A stretch of 64,000 nucleotides of DNA from Salibacteraceae bacterium (GTDB lineage: Bacteria; Bacteroidota; Bacteroidia; Flavobacteriales_G; Salibacteraceae). Location of the stretch: NCBI GenBank assembly GCA_038142005.1, contig JAYQJE010000006.1, positions 50,945 through 114,944 on the forward strand, given 5' to 3'. Each line of letters starts with the position of its first letter. Position 1 is the first letter of the stretch. The notes beneath the pieces are model-generated. The model saw nothing but the letters and a program-made list of their open reading frames with translations. It was not told the origin of the DNA and searched no databases. A program made the position numbers and the translations under genes. Shown piece by piece: positions 62,860-64,000 of the stretch.

Positions 62860-63997
62860 TCAGAATAGATTCCAAACTTCTTCCTTTTTAAGATAACCGC
62901 CCTTCAGTGAATTGGACAGAATGATCACTGCCTTATCATGCTTTTTGGAGGTCCAGAAATAACTTCGAAACCCGCGCCACCATCCATTGTGATAAACCAG
63001 AGAGTCTGAATCATTGAGTTGTTTAATGCGCCAGCCAAAACCATAGGCTTCTCGCCTACCCGATTTTATTTGTGGAGACCTTGCCTCTGACCAAAGCTTG
63101 GCATCCACTATAGTAAGCTCATCCATTTGCCGATAAAACTCGAAAAGATCACCAAGTGAACTATACATACCCTTATCTCCATATACACCATCAAGGTATG
63201 ACGGTTCCATACATTTTCCGCTGGCAAAATGTCCACGCACGATATATTCTTGAGGAGCTTTATTAAAAACATCCAAGATTTCAGAGTCCTTCATATTGAG
63301 CCGATCAAAGACTTCATTTTTGATGTATACACCAAAGGGTATTTGTGTTTCTGCCTCTATGATGTCTGCCAGAAGCACGTAATTGGTATTGCAATAGTTG
63401 AATTGTCTTCCCGGTTCAAAATAATTGGGTATTTCCTCACACTCGAACATGGTCATGAGGTCTGCGTTTTGCATAAAATATTCGGGCATACCCCAAAGGC
63501 TGTCGGTTACGTAAGCATAGTAGCCGATGCCGCTCGTGTGTGTGAGCAGTTGCTTTACAGTTACATTATGATAAAGGGGTGCATGGAAGAAAAGTACTAA
63601 CCGAATCATCTAATGAAATTCTTTTCTCTGATACCAGTTTGAGAATGGCCAGTGCAGTAAATGGTTTAGACAATGAAGCAAGCTGAAACTGGTCGTGCAC
63701 TCTTAAGCTATCGTTTTTGTCACTTCCTCTTATGCCTAGTGCAAACGAATCGATCATTCCATCGCGGTAAAATAAAGCCGCCCCAGAAAACTTGCCTTGA
63801 TCGGATAAGGTCTCAAAAAAACTACGGATACGATTGTGGGTCGAGTCAGGAAATCTCTCCAAGGATGGCGTAACCTTCATTTCCACAGCAGGAACTTCTT
63901 TTGGTGCTAAATCATTGGAGCAAGAACCAAGTACAAGAAAAATAATGCTAATATGACGAAGGACTTCAAATCTATAATAGGCGCTATTGAGTCTCAC
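62860..63997 (-). CDS. Serine hydrolase of the beta-lactamase (class C/PBP4*-like) family, one frameshift
   Basis: N-terminal ORF 63566-63997 contains the SxxK motif (LASLSKPFTA). ORF 62860-63609 supplies …VTVKQLLTHTSGI… and HNGWWRGF. The frames join near 63590. Confidence 0.85.
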
Positions 63998-64000
63998 TAC

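Noticed and set aside
5494-63997. Reading the many split genes as true pseudogenes (genome decay) or programmed frameshifting
   Set aside because: The breaks hit essential single-copy genes and are nearly all single-base changes in short homopolymers. Flanking sequences remain fully conserved in motif content. Sequencing or assembly error is far more likely, although this cannot be proven without reads.
1-64000. Search for CRISPR arrays, IS elements, integrases, phage genes, toxin-antitoxin pairs, tRNA and rRNA genes
   Set aside because: By eye I found no direct-repeat/spacer structure and no transposase, integrase or recombinase motifs in any listed ORF. No intergenic region has a tRNA-like cloverleaf or rRNA-like sequence. 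A by-eye scan cannot exclude short or degenerate elements.

Overview
This 64-kb window looks like core chromosome from a Bacteroidota (Flavobacteriia-like) bacterium. That placement rests on T9SS C-terminal sorting domains, a PorV/PorQ-like barrel, DUF4199, DUF4293, DUF4924 and DUF4465 proteins, a Rho with a long N-terminal insertion, BshA, LolA directly after FtsK, and a Bacteroidetes-type LptD. All family calls come from motif reading and memory, because no searches were possible.

Coding density is about 90%, and most genes are housekeeping (pyrD, acs, ychF, recF, ribH, tsaC, yaaA, ftsE, rho, mpl, fba, dcp, trmL, argS, ftsK, lolA, bshA). I found no rRNA, tRNA, CRISPR array, transposase, integrase or phage genes.

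The clearest non-coding element is a cobalamin riboswitch on the minus strand at about 3590-3780, with an exact B12 box. It leads an operon of two T9SS-sorted surface proteins plus a TonB-dependent receptor, and that receptor is absent from the ORF track because it runs off the window edge.

About 25 genes, including essential ones, are split by single-base frameshifts, giving about 30 sites. Almost every site I inspected lies in a short homopolymer, so I read these as assembly indel errors and annotate the merged full-length genes.

Two loci look like real rearrangements or misjoins:
- An OmpA-like lipoprotein is fused in frame to the C-terminal half of a YhdH/AcuI-type oxidoreductase (7348-8397).
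- An ECF sigma-factor stub abuts a headless beta-barrel fragment (16100-16832).

The best candidate for an uncharacterised system is a co-directional five-gene cluster (32302-39377): vWA protein, ChlI-like AAA+ ATPase, PorV/PorQ-like barrel, ComEA-type HhH domain fused to a large outer-membrane barrel, and a secreted MORN/coiled-coil protein. I see no strong evidence for a defence island or mobile element, and most of the window is ordinary.
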